From contig CM120640.1 of the NCBI GenBank assembly GCA_051362555.1, positions 34,677,967 to 34,741,966 of the forward strand: a stretch of 64,000 bases of DNA, given 5' to 3'. Source of the stretch: Lingula anatina. Lineage: Eukaryota > Animalia > Brachiopoda. Of this stretch, positions 39,386 through 52,156 are shown piece by piece. The notes beneath the pieces are model-generated. The model was not told where the DNA came from, searched no databases, and saw only the letters and a program-made list of their open reading frames with translations. The translations under genes and the position numbers were made by a program. Position 1 is the first letter of the stretch, and each line of letters starts with the position of its first letter.

Positions 39386-39960
39386 TTTTGTTCCTCGTTT
39401 TTGTCAATGTTGGGTCTGGTAAGCAAGGGCATCTCATATATGAGATTCATTAGAAAACATGCCATATTTAGCATGACATGTTGCTCGCTTGTCTCTGTCT
39501 CTGTGGACGGGATTTGACCATTGACATTATCCCTTTTAATTACCAGTTTCGTTTCGCAAAAAGTCGCCGACCTGAAGACGTAATGGATTGTTTTGACTTA
39601 TCAGCTATTAACTTTGGCTCTGTGAAAGCAATCATATTTGGTCTGTATCTTTTGTAAGTATTTGTAACTCGATATTGACAGTACTCTTTCAAATTTTTCA
39701 ATCGGATGCACCCCAGTGGATATAATTTGACATAAACTTCATTCCGCTTTGATATCCTAGCCCAGAGTTCTTATCATTTGTGTCGTTAGTTCTATTATTA
39801 CAACTCTCATGCGTTTCTGGTGAATATTTTTTGGGTGCAAGAAATCGTCTACCGTGGTAGAAAAGAAGCTGTTCACTTTTTTATCATTTCAATTTTTTCT
39901 GAATATATGTCTATGAATATTTTAGAATTTATATACATGTAGATGTACTTTACAGGGGAA

Positions 39961-39964
39961 AGAT

Positions 39965-40014
<50 letters not shown>
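39961..40014. repeat. (AAAG)n(AGAT)n tetranucleotide microsatellite
   Basis: agatagaaagaaagaaagaaagatagatagatag... Confidence 0.9.
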
Positions 40015-43000
40015 TTGCACACATACAGCAAAGTCCACAATAAAAGATACTCCCACATCAAATGACCGCGGTGTTAGGAGCATGTTAGACTATATGTTTT
40101 GCAATGCAACAATAAATTTGTGCAGAACTGTAGGCAGTCTGCTATTTAAAATCAAGGGGAAGTTATTGAGCGATTGCACTCGCGGTGAAGAGAGAAACGT
40201 GTTCAAGCAACAGAATACTAAGAACTATTAGAGAAACATCGTGCATCTCGTCGTTCCAATCATTTCCGTCGCCTGCCAGTTTGAATTTTGAAAATACCCG
40301 TGAATTCATTTCTTGCCTGGCGTCAAATCGGATTAATTCCAGTAATCAGGAAAGAATCTCAAACAGAGCCACTTATTTGCACAATCCTAGATAAATGCTT
40401 TTTTCTCCAAACAATAACAATGACATAAAACGCCGTTAGATGGCCTTCATTAAATCCATAAATCGTAGTTGTTATTATTGAACATTATCTCGTCCATTTG
40501 TCTCGGCCTGTCTCTCTGATTGTCTTGTCTACTTTACTTTTCAGGCTTCATCGTATTCCAGTTGGGTCTTGAGGAGGCTTTTAACTGTTTTCTATACTGT
40601 AATGGTCCGTCACAGGGGAGATGCAGAGGTCTGTGAAAACGCGAGGGCGATTACTAAAAAAACTTTGTTCAACTCTCCTGAGGGAAGGGAGGTATCCCTA
40701 TAGGGCAAAAAAATCTATGTCTTCGAGATTGGTTTTGCCAAGCATTTGGTACACATATCGAAACAGTGTAGACACATTAAGATGGTTCATATTGCGTCTC
40801 AACTTATTTTATTTTGGCATATTTTTTTTAAATTGAAAATCCCAGATAAATTGCTTTTTAGATCCCTTTGGTCCGAAACTCAATCGTAGAATCCCAATGA
40901 TTGCAGTTAGGGTACAGATTAGGTTATTTTATCATATTTTGGGCAAAATCTGTCACCTGTGATTGGGCAATTAAAGAACCTTGCATTCCGTGGGACAGAT
41001 AGCTTAGTCTATGACACGAAAAAGCAGTCGATATATTTGTCTATAGTAAAACGATGCTCTGATCGACACACCGGTCAAAGCAGGGACTCAGAACTGACTC
41101 GATTATGGGAAGAGTAAACGGCGCCATATACTTTGCAGGTTGTCGATGATCTTTACATTACAATATCGGCATTAGAAACCCTTCCGTCCCTGTACGAAGA
41201 TTTACTATGCTAATAAGCTCTACAGCTGTTGGATAACATGTAGATTTCCAGCTTGGGTGTCTGACGCTTCTCTTCGATGTGAAATGCTTTAGAAACGCGC
41301 TTCTCAGGTATGAATTATGTGTGGTGCATCTCTTTCATGTATGATGGGGTGATGTTGCAGGGGATATTACCAGGTGCAATTATGTTTAAAGGCGCTAGAA
41401 GCAAGAGCAAGATGTTTGGATTCCCTTTCCAAATATCAAAGATCAGGAGTCGTTCCTCTAAATTTACCATCTAAGTAATTACGCACCAAAAATCAAAATT
41501 GAGAGGTTAAATGGGGTCCAAAAGTACCTTAAGTCAACTAAGGAGCCGTTATATAAGGGGTGTAGTGGAATGTGATTTGATTCCGCGATTTTTCCGCATC
41601 ATGTGAAATCAGAGCGTTCTCAGTGTGCTGTAATTAAGTGCACCACTTTGGTTAAGACAAGTGTTTGAAATGTGAGCTCACCACATCAAAAACAGAACCA
41701 TCAAAATGAAATTTCTGAAGTACATATTACTTGTAGCAAACCTTACAGTACCATGAAATTCAACTTACATTTCTCACCTTAAACTTTTGCGAGCACAATT
41801 ATTTCATAGGACCAAAAAAAAAAAAAAAAAAAAATTGTTGGGGTATGATACACCCCGCTCTCACGAGGTCGATTTGGTTTTGTAATAGCGATGCATACAT
41901 ATTTCTTCGGGGATACATTAGTGCATTCGCCAGGCACTATAATTTGCAAACCCAGTTATTGGAATCGCAATCCCAGAACCCGACTGTGCTGGGGCGAAAT
42001 TCCAGTAAGGTCGCGCACTGCTAATAAGACCTCATTCTTTAGGTCACTTAACACCAGCTACATTTCTAAGATTCAAGAACCAATATATCAAACAAAAACT
42101 CATCATTTGATTTTAAAAAAATCTATATCCTGGTAAAGCATAGAGAACAAAGCACAATTCCCCGTCTGTCTACACGAGCTTAATAAGGATTCTTTCACAT
42201 GAAAGACAACTGATAAGACCAAATGAATTCTCCGACTTATCCGTCCTACAGCGGTTTTGGTTTGTACATTTGGGTTCTCCGCTGCTTGATACTGTGCGGA
42301 ACTTAAATCGCAGCGGGTAAGGGAATGGCTTGTCAAAGGATGGACGTTTTTCAATTCTTATTAAATCCTCTTCTCCCTTTCAATCGTTTTAATCAATTGA
42401 GTGAAGGATGACTTCATTCCTCATAGGATTCGGTCACTTAAGACCCAATGTCGTTGAGGCGAATGTAATTACATCTCGATCACGTATCTTTTTTTCCAAG
42501 AGACATTCACTCAGTTAAGAAAGACACTTTCAAGATCAATTTTCTTCAAGTGTCTTCATTATTCCTTTTTGATAAAGGAGTCACTTGCCATTTTCTTTGG
42601 TGGAACCTTCTTTGCATATACTGTGCCATGGTGCCGAGTTTATTGCATATTACCTCTAAAGAACTGTGACAGAACGTTCGTTCTTTCTGCCGAGTGGTTT
42701 TATTTATTTTAAAGTTATTAACAATCGCCACTTTTAGATATCTGACCACTGTTAGTAGATTTGTTTTGACGGTCGTCATCAATGTTTGTCATCAAAACTT
42801 ATATCTTATTCCCGACTGTTTATTGGAATCGATTATACATATGGCATCAATATGTGAAATGCTATCGAAAATTCAACACGCGGCCATAAGCAAAAAAAAA
42901 AGAATGTTTTAGTGTTTATTTTTTCCAACTTGATTAATTCAAAATACACTTTGGAACTACATGCATGTGATATGTTCGCCAATTTAGGCTGTTAGAAGCC

Positions 43001-46000
43001 GCATAAAAATAAAGGTGGTTAAAAGTAGCCAAGTCCTATATTTTACAGTTTTGCCCAACGGTTTACTAGGTCATAGTTTCGAGTTACCCCAAACGAGGTT
43101 CTCTTTTTCGAAAATACGGCCATGCGGAATGAGTGCTGATGAAAATGTGACTACTTGATGGCATTTCTCGTAGAAGTTTAGCTTTTGGTAGCTCCGTTCC
43201 AGTGACGTCTGCTGCTCTACTGGAACGAATATTCTTGTCTTATAGAGATGAACTTTTAGGATCCAGAAGCCGTACGACGTACAAAATGTATTGTTACTTT
43301 TCTGTTCTTTAATGAGTGTTAGGGATCAAAGTACTTGAAAGTTTTCTACCGGAATCGGTGGCGCAGTTGACATTATTTCACGACCAAAACAGTCGCGTTG
43401 TCTTCGTATGAATAAGAAGCCAACAGTCTGTGCCATATAGTCATATACTGATGATGTATTCTTTCATGAAATAAAAATATTAAATAAAAAAAACATAGAT
43501 ATATGTAGGTTAAATTTCCATTTCTACCGTTTTTATGTGCCCACAGTGTAACCAACTTTTCACCTATAGTTATTTCAAAAGTCACGTTTATACGCATTTT
43601 GATTGTTTTAGTTTTGTAAAAGATATTTCTAAAGTGAAAGTTAATCCTAATTCTATTCTAAAATAATGGAAATTAACGTGATTCTTTTATAAGTGAAAAT
43701 ACAATAGTTTGAGCTAATTCTCATAGCTTCATGCAGTTGAAAAAAAGGGTGGCAAAAGATATGGCGACATCTTGCGTGTCTTTGGTCGGTCATACGTAAA
43801 CCCCAATGAGCATGGTAATCTTATTCCATTTGTGTTGTGATAAACTTTAAATAAAAAAAAAAACTTTTGAAAATCAAAGTGCCAGATCAGTTTTTAAAAA
43901 CCCTAATACAATAACCAATTTGTGACTTGGGTTAGGCGCAGAGCGTAATCAATATCTTTGATTTTCTGAGTAAACGTGCAAACGTGGAGGTCAAAGATGA
44001 TGGAATCGCGTTCGGTCTGCATGCCAAATCTCACGAATTTTTCTTCAATTTATAACCAAACTAATAACCAGTAGCGTAAAAAGTAAGAGTGGCCCTTTCT
44101 ACTTTATTCCAATCCCAGGCGTCCGCTCTGTGGGACTTGTAAATTGAATTTATGTCTAACAGTCTCGGTAGTCGTTAACAGTATTGTATAAGTTTGTCTA
44201 TTACTGACAAAACAAAACTTGAAAAGGATGACTCACCGTATACTTGAAGTGGTTATTCAAATATTCACTTCTCCGTAAGTGATCTGTTTTCAAGAATGTC
44301 CGTCTTTGCCTCGAGCCGGGACAGTAGATTTCACATTTTATTTCCTGTATTCCTTATTTTTAATAAGACTTGAAGGGATCCATCTGAAACGCGTTCAAGA
44401 TAAACTAGGACTGATAATTTCACAATAACTTGCAACTTTCCCCCAAGGCCGAAAGATTGTCGACTCGCTCGATAGTTGTAAGCTGTATTATTGTGCGTGT
44501 CTTCTGTAATTGACAAAGGATACCCAAGGGTTAAAATAAACTCTTTTGCACACTATTCTATCTCCTTTTCACTTAATACTTCACAATAGCGTTCATTGCC
44601 CCCAAAATTTTACATTGCGTCCCTCGACACAATTGCGATGGTGCCTGGGCAAACGTTTCGTTTCATTGGTGCGTCGATCACTTTCTGTTGCTTCGGTCTG
44701 TGATTCTTAGTCCTTTTTTATTTGTTTCGTGTATTGTTTATCATGATTTTATCTTGTATCTGTTGCCACGTATTGGGAATAAGCCATTGTTCAAAGATAT
44801 CTGTCTTACTAAATAGTTCTCTAAATTTGCTATTGACTTTGTAATATTTAATGCGCACAGCTGTGTTCACGAAAAAAATGTCCCAATTTATTGGCCATTA
44901 CTGCTGATATCAAACTCCAATATAACCCTATTACAGACATCTGGTTGTTGAAAGCTTTGATTTTTAGGCATAACTCACAATTTCCTTATCCAGAAGACCT
45001 ATTGGTATTTATACGGTGCATCGCCATCATTAACATTTCTATTTAGCTGTCAGTCGCACAGCTTTAAGCCAAGGAACCATCATTAAGTCTATTCTTCACT
45101 GTTGGTCCTTATCACTCCTGTGGGGCCGTTGAATTGATGGTGATGAATAGGAACTCATGAGCGCGTGGGGTATTGCATAATCACCTTTTAATTAGCCACA
45201 AAAACAGACTTCGTTTTGATGTGTGTGCGTATAAAAAACTGACCTTGAAGCCGAATGGAGGTTGGCTTCAGAAACAAAAGACGGTCTTGTAAACAGGACA
45301 TTGCATGATTATTGTACATAATAGCTGCAAATTAAGACATCTCTTCATCGACTTGGTTACAGGCTACCCAAGCTGAAGAGTGTGACGTGGCAATTTGTAT
45401 CGGGTAAACTGATGGTAATGACAAAATATTCGATTTAACGACGGCTCGTCATTCTACCCACTTTTCTTTGGGCAGGCAACGTAATAAAGTTGTCAAAAAG
45501 ACAATAGTGTTTGGGAATAAGGGAGTACGAAAATTGTATAATCGGCGTTGAATAAGTCATATAAAAGACGTTTCGTATTGATGTGACCAAAACCACCACA
45601 AGGACATACACCATAGTCCATGTTTTGCAGTTAATAAGATGCCAGAACGGAAGAGAATCCGACAAGTAGAAAGCATAATTGCGATTCTTATCCCTTAGAA
45701 AGAGAGAGCAGAGCTAGAGGACTTTAGATTGGAGAATTAGACCGAAGTTAAAGAACTTTCATGTAAAGCTACAAATAGGTGTCACAGGCAAAAGAAATTG
45801 CGACAACCTGAAAAAAAATTATTCGATGAGAAACGTTTGGTGATGTAAACGCAGCCTTTTTACTTGCTTCTAAACTTCAGTAGATTTTGGCATACTGAGC
45901 TAAAATATGTTCTGGCACACCGGGGGAAGATTAATTATTTCTCAATTGCAAAATGAAAACGATTTAGATCAACTAATTATGCTTGACTAGTCACAGTGCT

Positions 46001-46918
46001 TGAGTAATGGAGTCTAAAATGATGTATATTCTATGAATAAAAACGACAGATCACACTTCAGATCCGATTAGTTTGTAAATATAAATAAACGAAACAAATA
46101 ATAATGGGAAAGTTAGGAAAAACTACGGAAAATGTCCTCAGATGACGCCTACGCCAATTGTTGTGTTAAAATGCATCCTTGAATGCCCAGGACAGCAGAA
46201 CACGAGCAATTCAATAGAGGTTGACGAAACTTTGACAAATACCAACGTCATTGGCACACTGATCCAACACAGGCTCTAATGGTCCCTTAACTTGAAATGG
46301 AAAGACCATTAGATAATCAAACTTTTAGAATGCCACGCCAGCTTTTTCAAGTGCTTTCTCATGTTTGTTTCATCGTTTTGCTATCTGCTTGGCACCGTAG
46401 GCGACATTCCAAGTTCTCACCGCGAGCCGTGCCTAACGGAGATTTCTGTGGCAAACCCCCTTGGGAGACATTTGTATAAGAACACAGCCTTAAATGTGCT
46501 GTTAAGGACCTTAAATGAGACGACTAGAAATCATTAAAAAGTGCAACAATTCTTTTAAAACGCCCCGTTAATGGGGTTCCTTTTGGACAAAGCTCGATCG
46601 CATCTTCGCACTTTAATCTACCACAGCAGGAAAGAAGTGTCTAATAGCTCGAAGCTTGGTTGTATTCTACCTTTTGAAACTATCGCGTGTTTCTGAATCT
46701 TCCCGTCTCGTATTATCTAGTTTATACAAAGAGGTTCATTAAAACCATGAACATTGCAATTCGAGTGGAAAGTAGTAGGCTTTAGCAAGTTAACCGGCGG
46801 TTTCGGTGGTTTTAGAGATTCGCGTGTTTGAGTATCTCAAACAATCTTAACCTTAAGCCCTTAATGTCACGAATGAGTTCTTAATATGTAATCTACCAGG
46901 AGTCAATGAAACACCTAC

Positions 46919-47314
46919 CTGTAAATACTTGACGATCTTGCACATGATCGGGCCCATGAAAAAGGTGTAGGTGATGTCTTCTAAACAAGTAGATGGGAGG
47001 CAAATCAAAATAACCATGAAGTCCGCAATGGCCAAATTTACAAGGAAAATGTTTGTAACGGTTCTCATGTTAGGGTTCTTCCACACGGCGTAACACACAA
47101 GGAAATTGCCAACCAAACCCATGACAAAGACAATGATATAAAACGCTATAGCCACCCATTCAAACGTCGTAGGAAAGATGTACGCTTCAATTTTGTCAAT
47201 GTAGTCTTCGTCACTTGTACAATATACATTGTAGCATATTTTTGAGATGTTCTTCGTCGCGTTTGCTGCAGTCAAGTTGTCCATGCCTTCGTCCGTGATT
47301 TCGCTGTCTGCCAT
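46919..47314 (-). CDS. HCRTR: Orexin/allatotropin receptor first coding exon (N-terminus, TM1 to start of TM3)
   Basis: Encodes MADSEITDEGMDNLTAANATKNIS (three NxS/T sequons) ...YIFPTTFEWVAIAFYIIVFVMGLVGNFLVCYAVWKNPNMRTVTNIFLVNLAIAD...CKIVKYLQ. YxxPxxxEWV and MRTVTNxFxVNL are orexin/allatotropin-receptor hallmarks. Donor CAG|GTAGGT. 396 nt. The five exons total 1293 nt, or 430 aa plus stop. Confidence 0.95.
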
Positions 47315-47706
47315 AATGGTTAATAAATGCTACGTATATTGAAACGCTCGTCCCCCAGGAATGAAGTTCAAAGCACTTCGCGCTTTTTGAAGCCTTATCG
47401 AGAAAACTGTTGGAAGACCTTCGAATTCACTGACTTTTTCCTCAATTTCTGGATCAATGATAAAGGTTCAAAAGTCCTCAGTCGGTACTAAATTGCGGCT
47501 TCTAATTGCCTCGTTGTTGTTGCAGTTGTGGCATGCACGGCAGTTAGTAAGTTTGAACCATTCAATGAAATCCAACACAGCATTCAATGAAATCCAACAC
47601 AGCGGCTGTGCGCAACCTCATCTAATTCTCATGCGTCAGTTAAGCTCGGAGCAGAGTGGTTCTTCTCTGACTAGCTCTTCATCCCTTGATTTCACCAATC
47701 AATCCC
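47315..47706 (-). other. Putative 5' UTR portion of the receptor's first coding exon
   Basis: A good minus-strand acceptor (cttcctatttgtcatttcag, AG at 47708-47707) suggests the exon starts at 47706 and that a non-coding exon lies further upstream. Confidence 0.45.
47559..47602. repeat. Perfect 22-bp tandem duplication
   Basis: CATTCAATGAAATCCAACACAG occurs twice, back to back. Confidence 0.95.
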
Positions 47707-50700
47707 CTGAAATGACAAATAGGAAGTTTTATTTTTACAGGTTGTACGATTTAGCATAATTGTGGTAATTACGTGAGCAACGCGTAAGTAACGCCGGTTC
47801 TCGTCATGCAAGAAAGTCAAGAGCTGGAAATTAAGGATACGTCTTGCAGGGGCTATTCTTCGTTCTGATAAGGCGAGAGAGCTATAGTAATATAGAAAAA
47901 GACATTTTTCTCGGTGGATGGTACAATACTGTTAAATCAAATGCTACGTTAATGTATTTCAATAGTTTCAATCTTCGTTGCTGTAATGTAAAGTAGGACT
48001 ATAGCGCTAAAAGATTGCCAATAGATTTCGAGTGTTCGTTTCAATAATGCACCGTGACTTTAGAAAAAGATCATTGCTACGTGTTTTAGAAGCAGTTAAC
48101 TTTTTGCCATTCAAATTCATGCGATTTTCTACCTAATATATTTAGTATCGACGGGAGTACGCCTCCGTGCTAGGCAAAAAAGCGACCACGCAGGGTTTTT
48201 CAAACCTCAACCCATTGAATATGTACTCATATTCATCGGAATCGCATACAACTGATGAATGTCAGACTTACGTGTTTGTTTCTGCTACATGTAAGCAAAA
48301 TATATTTTAAAATAAACATCCACTGATATTCCGTTTGGTTCAGCATGACTTGTCAATAATCCATAGATCTTTAAACTTTACCACCTTTTAAATCTCTAAA
48401 GTTCAGTTTAGTGTATGGATCGTTGTAGTAAACGTTAAATGACAAAATGCATGCTAAGATCACGACAGTTGTTCTCATCCCACTATAAACCCTCCGTGAA
48501 GCAGATTGATATCTATTAACGGTTAGGAAAAAAATAAGTATACACGCGAAACTGGAAAAAGCGTGTTCTGCCTGTTGAGGTGTGGAGCGTGTTGAAATCC
48601 ATCTCTTTTATCAGAACGCCTATATTTTAAAAACAGACCGAAACATTTGGAAGAAGCAACGTTTCTTTACTGAGTTTCTTTGCGCCATTCACCACATGAC
48701 ATCAGACTCATCTTCGCTAAAATGAGCATGTAGGTGATAAGCTAATATGGCCATGTAGATAATAAGCCGGCTCTTTTAAACAACAGTTCAATTTTCATAA
48801 TCTACTTCGCCTTATTAAGTGGCGCGGGTCAACTCCTGGGCAGCTAGCTACTTCTCCCGGAGAAAGGAAATTGTTTGTTCAAGATTAAGGAAACAAAAAC
48901 ATCAGCCACTAAATGCGTTAGCCCAGGGTCAAAATTGCACTTTGATGTAGATGGAAGATATTCGGCAGTCAGGTGTATTTGACGTATCAACGCACGTATA
49001 TAGTAAACAGCAGAAGTACGGAACGTCTCGTAACTGTCAGTTAATTTTATACATTTTCCTTCTGAAGCGATTTTCCAATCACGCAGTCAAGTTGCTTGAC
49101 TCATGAAAAGTAGAAGAAAATGAAGAAATTCCTAGGTTCTAACGTTTTGATTATTCATATAAATTGTGAAAAACTGCACATAGTCTAGCAAGGCTGAAGT
49201 GATAAGAAATTCTGTCTTCAGATTTTTAAAAAAATCTTCATTATGTTTAACATACCCCCGGTTTGATAGTAAAATAGATCAATAGATCAAATTTTGATCC
49301 TCTCAACAACATACTGAAACATATTGCAAAAAAAAGGTCGATTGAAGAATGTAAGAAAAGACATAAACCTTGAAGACTGATGACCAGACATGCATTCAGT
49401 GCGAGAAGCCTGTATACGCTCTATCGCCAATGCGACAATGACGAACGTTTGGAAACGCTTTTAACCCTCTTACAGGTCTATGATGTGTATTTCGACCCAT
49501 AAACTGCGTGTCAGAAACCGATAAGAGTTTCTTAAATGGATTTCCAGGCACTTACCTTTCCAGTTGAGGCCATTTTCACCTGAGTTGATTAATTTTGTTT
49601 ACATATTCCGCAGGAATCTCTAAGACTCAATATGCTGTCATCATCTCTATAGCTCAATCTAACCAAGTCTTAAACAGACTCACGCTTTCGCCGGATCAGT
49701 CTGACTAGATATCAATAACAAACCTCAAGACACGCTTTTATGATGTTTTCCGTGCGCACCATAGGGTGGGTGGTGCTCTTTAGTCGCTGTAACACTTTTC
49801 ATTTTAGTTTTGAAATATTTCTCTCCTACATGGGGCATAACATTTGGCCAATGTGTGCCCACTATGGGGAAGGGCCAAAGTGGTGGGAAATTTGGTTGAT
49901 TGGTAGTGGTGGTGTTGGGGAAAGGGGGTGGATGACGTATTGGATATTCTCACATGCGACATTTATGTCCAAGGCTCTCTTAATCTACTTCTGAGGCCTT
50001 ATTCTTGCCGCCCACCATTCCAACTAAATAATGACTGGGTAATCAATCCAGTGTCCTCTAAGAAAACAATTGGATAGTAGGATACAGCATTTAAGAAAGA
50101 GGGTTTATTATTTTTTTGCAACAGATAGCCAAAAACAAACGAATATATTACAGTTGCAAACACAAGAGTTACTGAGAACAACCGTTTCTGCACTAAATGG
50201 GTGCGTCTTGAAAACCTGTTGATGAAACACGTTTGTAATTAACTTACCGCCATCTCCAAACTGATACAAACCTCAAAATCAAACCTTTTCTTAAGTTTGT
50301 CTCTCAGCTGACAAAAATATCATGCTGAAAACCTGATGATTCTTCATAGGATCTGTTTGTCGAAATCAAAAACCTATTTTGCTTATCCGGAAAGTAAGAA
50401 AGTTAAATTACATCTCTGTATACTTAACGCCAATAATGCTTTACCTTTGCTGAAGAAAACTCGCCCGTTTCCGCGCAAGCACTAATAACGTCTGGCCGGT
50501 TATTTCTCTTTACTGTGTAAATCATTGGGGAGAAACACAGACAATCCCACCAAGTGAAGAGGCAAGTACAACTGGCCTGGTTATAAGATGTAATAGGTCT
50601 ATAATTGGGAGATAAAAATGAATGGCAATAAATGATAAATCCCCAACAGAGACGGTTCTCGTCAGCCATGTTTCACGCTGAACGGCAATCACGGGGTCTG

Positions 50701-52089
50701 CTAAAGGCATAAGAAAGAGCATCAATTACTTTTATCTTTGTGAGGTCAGTCCGGAGTCAGCTGCCTCCTTTAATACTTTTGTGATGCTCATGCGTATTTA
50801 TGCTGCTAATATTGTTATATCTGACAAACAGGCATTTGTTCTACCCAATTCATTTGACTCTCAGATTTATCAGTTATTAAGCTTGGACGCTTTCACGTTA
50901 AATTTTAGTTGAAACGGAAATCACTTTTATGTATTTGACAGGATGATTTCTCTTAAACAACCCTAAATGAGAAAACACTTTCGCCCTTTCTTCTTTTTTA
51001 AAACGTAATTAATAGCACGTCAGTCAACAATCTAACTGTGCACTGATGAAAGCTACTTCATTACTGACTGTCAGGAGCGATTGCACGCTTACAATTGCAG
51101 ACGACATTTCTGTGATTTCTACAGAGAAACACGGACAGCAGACGACCCAAGCGTGAACTGAGGCAACAAGTAGTGGCCCCCGCTATCAGATATTACCAAC
51201 TGCCCCCTGGGAACTGGGCCAGGAATTACTGCTGCACGACAAGTCTCAAATAACGATTTTTTTATCTTGACCATATTGCGGACATTATCGGCCCAAACTT
51301 TGGCTTCCAAGGTCAATAAAGCGGACAAGGTTTTGTGGGAGGTTGGGGGGGGGGGGGGGGGGGGAGGGGGAGGGCAGTGGAGGGGATACATATAAGCAAA
51401 TATACGTAAAATCCGAATACTTTGCATCTGGATTTGGAATGGAATTCTGAGTATGGTTTATGCTAATGCTACTTTGAGGGGTTAATATGATTTTCTGCTA
51501 CATAGTTAATTGAAATTCAGATTGTCTGTATTGAAGGAGTAATCAGTTAACATGATCACGGCATCTATTGCCACTTCTGCCTGTTGCCATGGCATAATTC
51601 AATGGTCTATCTATATATATATCTGTCTTTGACACCAGGCATGCTGAAATGAATGTCATAATTGACATGTGCTTTAAGGTGGTAGTTATATGGACATGTC
51701 TCATACCATTTGAGCTGAAACTCGACCTTGCCCTATTTTTGTTAAGAAATTGTATAAAAGCAAAGCACGTTTGTTTGTCTCAGTGTTCTTGAAGGACAAC
51801 TAACTCAGTTCATAAACAAATCGTGAAAGGAATAAAATTGAATTTGCAATTCTTGACATTTGAAAGCAACATCACTGTTCACATCATACACATTAGTTTA
51901 ATCATTCATCTTAAAAAGACGGATATTTTCCACTTAGCCATTTCAATTTAGATGCAACAAAATGAAAATCAAATGTATATATTACTAAGTAGATTGTTTT
52001 TATTGACAATGAATTAAGGATCCAATTGCTCTCATTCAAAATGAATATTGTTAATATCTTCTTACAACTGAGCAGTTTACCCAATCAAA

Positions 52090-52092
<3 letters not shown>

Positions 52093-52153
<61 letters not shown>
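52093..52153. repeat. (TA)n microsatellite, about 30 units
   Basis: Uninterrupted TA run. Confidence 0.97.
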
Positions 52154-52156
<3 letters not shown>

